Source: an uncultured Erysipelotrichaceae bacterium (GTDB taxonomy: Bacteria; Bacillota_I; Bacilli_A; RF39; UBA660). Taken from it: 64,000 nt of DNA. Under the pieces are notes generated by a model. It searched no databases and had not been told where the DNA came from. It saw only the letters and a program-made list of their open reading frames with translations. The position numbers and the translations under genes are program-made. Shown here piece by piece: positions 62,729-64,000 of the stretch (the first letter of the stretch is position 1; each line of letters opens with the position of its first letter). The stretch is taken from NCBI GenBank assembly GCA_902794075.1, contig CADBGE010000001.1, positions 8,437 to 72,436 on the forward strand, written 5' to 3'.

Positions 62729-64000
62729 TTACAAAGACACAACATATGTTGATGTGCCATTATCATTTACTGTCCAACTTGTTATATGTCCGTCATTATT
62801 TTTACCTCCTCTTTGATTACAGTATTTATCTCCATAATAATATGATTTAATAGCAAAATCTCTTCCTGCTTGTGAATAATTTCTATAGATACCTTTAGCT
62901 GATGTTGTAAAGTCATGCATTGTGACATAAGGATCATTTATGATACAATATTTATATGAATTTGGAACAGTTTCACTAACATTTTGTGATTTCCAATAAG
63001 AAGTCCAATATGAATAAGCTGTTTCTACATTAAGGTCCATAACAAATGAACTTGCAATTGCTGGAGCTGTAATGTCATCAGAATTTAACATATATGAATT
63101 ATTTAATTTTATATATATTTTGCCCCCATTTCCTTGTGGCCCAACTGCATAATATACATTTTTCCCAATATTTATATATGTGTTATTAATAATTATGCTC
63201 GGTATATCATAATTTGATTCATAACCAATACCTTTAAATCCATTCGTTGATTGCCCAACTCTAAATAAATTCAAAATGTCATAATTATAATAATCAAAGT
63301 ATGTATAACTTTCTCCATCTTTATCATATTTTTTTGCTTTACTCAAGTTAATATTATATAAAAGTTGTGTTTCTTTCCCATTGTATGTAATTGGCTTAAA
63401 TGCCAATAGTTTAGCATCATTATGTGAAACACCATTTGTTCTAATTTTAGTATTTGTTATGTATTCAATATTATCGTCATTTTTTGCCGGCCATTTCCAA
63501 TTTAAATTTATTGTTGAATTGTCAATAAGCATATTATAAGCCGCTGATCTAATTCCTACCAAACTTGATGTATTACAATACGCAACATTTAAATCAATTG
63601 TTGAGTTAGTTATCTTAAATGTGTCATTATTGCGAGAACATTGCGAATAAAATATAAATGTATCAACATTTGTAAATTTCAAACCAGTCCATGAATGATC
63701 AACAGAATCATCATTAGCATGAACAATATCATAATATTCTTTGTTTGCTATTTCATAATATATATTATCAATGTGGTTATTATATGAGAATTGAGCAAAA
63801 TGTTCTGGTTTAGCAGATTCTTGTTTAAAACCTGTATGACACTGATGAAATTCTGAATTATATATGTATGTATTATTTGCGCATGTTGATATGTCAATTC
63901 CTTGCATTACATAATGTGATTTTACATTATATGCTGTTATATAAGATCCATGAAAACCTAATGGCTGATAAAGCATATGACTAAAATCACAATCATGTAT
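62729..64000 (-). CDS. Asn/Tyr-rich structural protein candidate (tail fibre or spike-like), 5'-truncated by window edge
   Basis: The reading frame stays open upstream of the listed ATG (63976) to the window end (…IHDCDFSHMLYQ…). Repetitive NST-rich segments suggest beta-rich fibre or spike architecture. Confidence 0.4.
   Translation of the reverse strand: MHDCDFSHMLYQPLGFHGSYITAYNVKSHYVMQGIDISTCANNTYIYNSEFHQCHTGFKQESAKPEHFAQFSYNNHIDNIYYEIANKEYYDIVHANDDSVDHSWTGLKFTNVDTFIFYSQCSRNNDTFKITNSTIDLNVAYCNTSSLVGIRSAAYNMLIDNSTINLNWKWPAKNDDNIEYITNTKIRTNGVSHNDAKLLAFKPITYNGKETQLLYNINLSKAKKYDKDGESYTYFDYYNYDILNLFRVGQSTNGFKGIGYESNYDIPSIIINNTYINIGKNVYYAVGPQGNGGKIYIKLNNSYMLNSDDITAPAIASSFVMDLNVETAYSYWTSYWKSQNVSETVPNSYKYCIINDPYVTMHDFTTSAKGIYRNYSQAGRDFAIKSYYYGDKYCNQRGGKNNDGHITSWTVNDNGTSTYVVSL

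Noticed and set aside
1-64000. Alternative genetic code or stop-codon recoding, and tRNA genes
   Set aside because: All homology-supported genes are full length in the standard code. No in-frame stops need to be read through except at the terL and polB breaks, which have other explanations. No cloverleaf-like or T-loop (GTTCRA) sequences were seen in the intergenic gaps.

Overview
Strongly AT-rich, densely coding segment of a large tailed-phage genome distantly related to T4. All calls come from reading the ORF track and DNA by eye against remembered T4 and family motifs; no searches were run. Recognisable T4-type genes: gp20-like portal, gp17-like large terminase, gp5-like OB-fold spike, gp26-like hub protein, LysM baseplate protein, gp43-like family B DNA polymerase (N-terminal half only), RNase H/FEN, and gp47/gp46 (Mre11/Rad50-like). 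Accessory genes: ThyX, a DUF4406 (NDT-like) protein, a CofE-like ligase, a CobS/CobT-like AAA+/vWA pair, ClpP-like protease, SPFH protein, classic AAA ATPase, and a sugar module (SDR epimerase, glycosyltransferase-like ORFs, PRTase-HAD fusion). A higher-GC island encodes lipoproteins and an LRR protein, which points to a Bacteroidota-type host; standard genetic code, no tRNAs seen. Most notable observations: (1) the terminase gene is fractured into three ORFs in three frames: N-extein plus short intein-N, a free-standing Vsr-like homing endonuclease, and intein-C plus C-extein. This is an atypically split intein. (2) A 124-bp inverted repeat pair (95 bp perfect) brackets an 18.3-kb segment. 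(3) A 579-nt ORF-free gap carries three tandem 43-nt hairpin repeats and a 236-nt element closed by a 16-bp stem. (4) The DNA polymerase ORF stops before motifs B and C. (5) Several small proteins have N-termini resembling the T4 capsid targeting sequence. (6) The decamer TAAGATTATG recurs at gene starts. Many large Asn/Tyr/Ile-rich ORFs remain unassigned.
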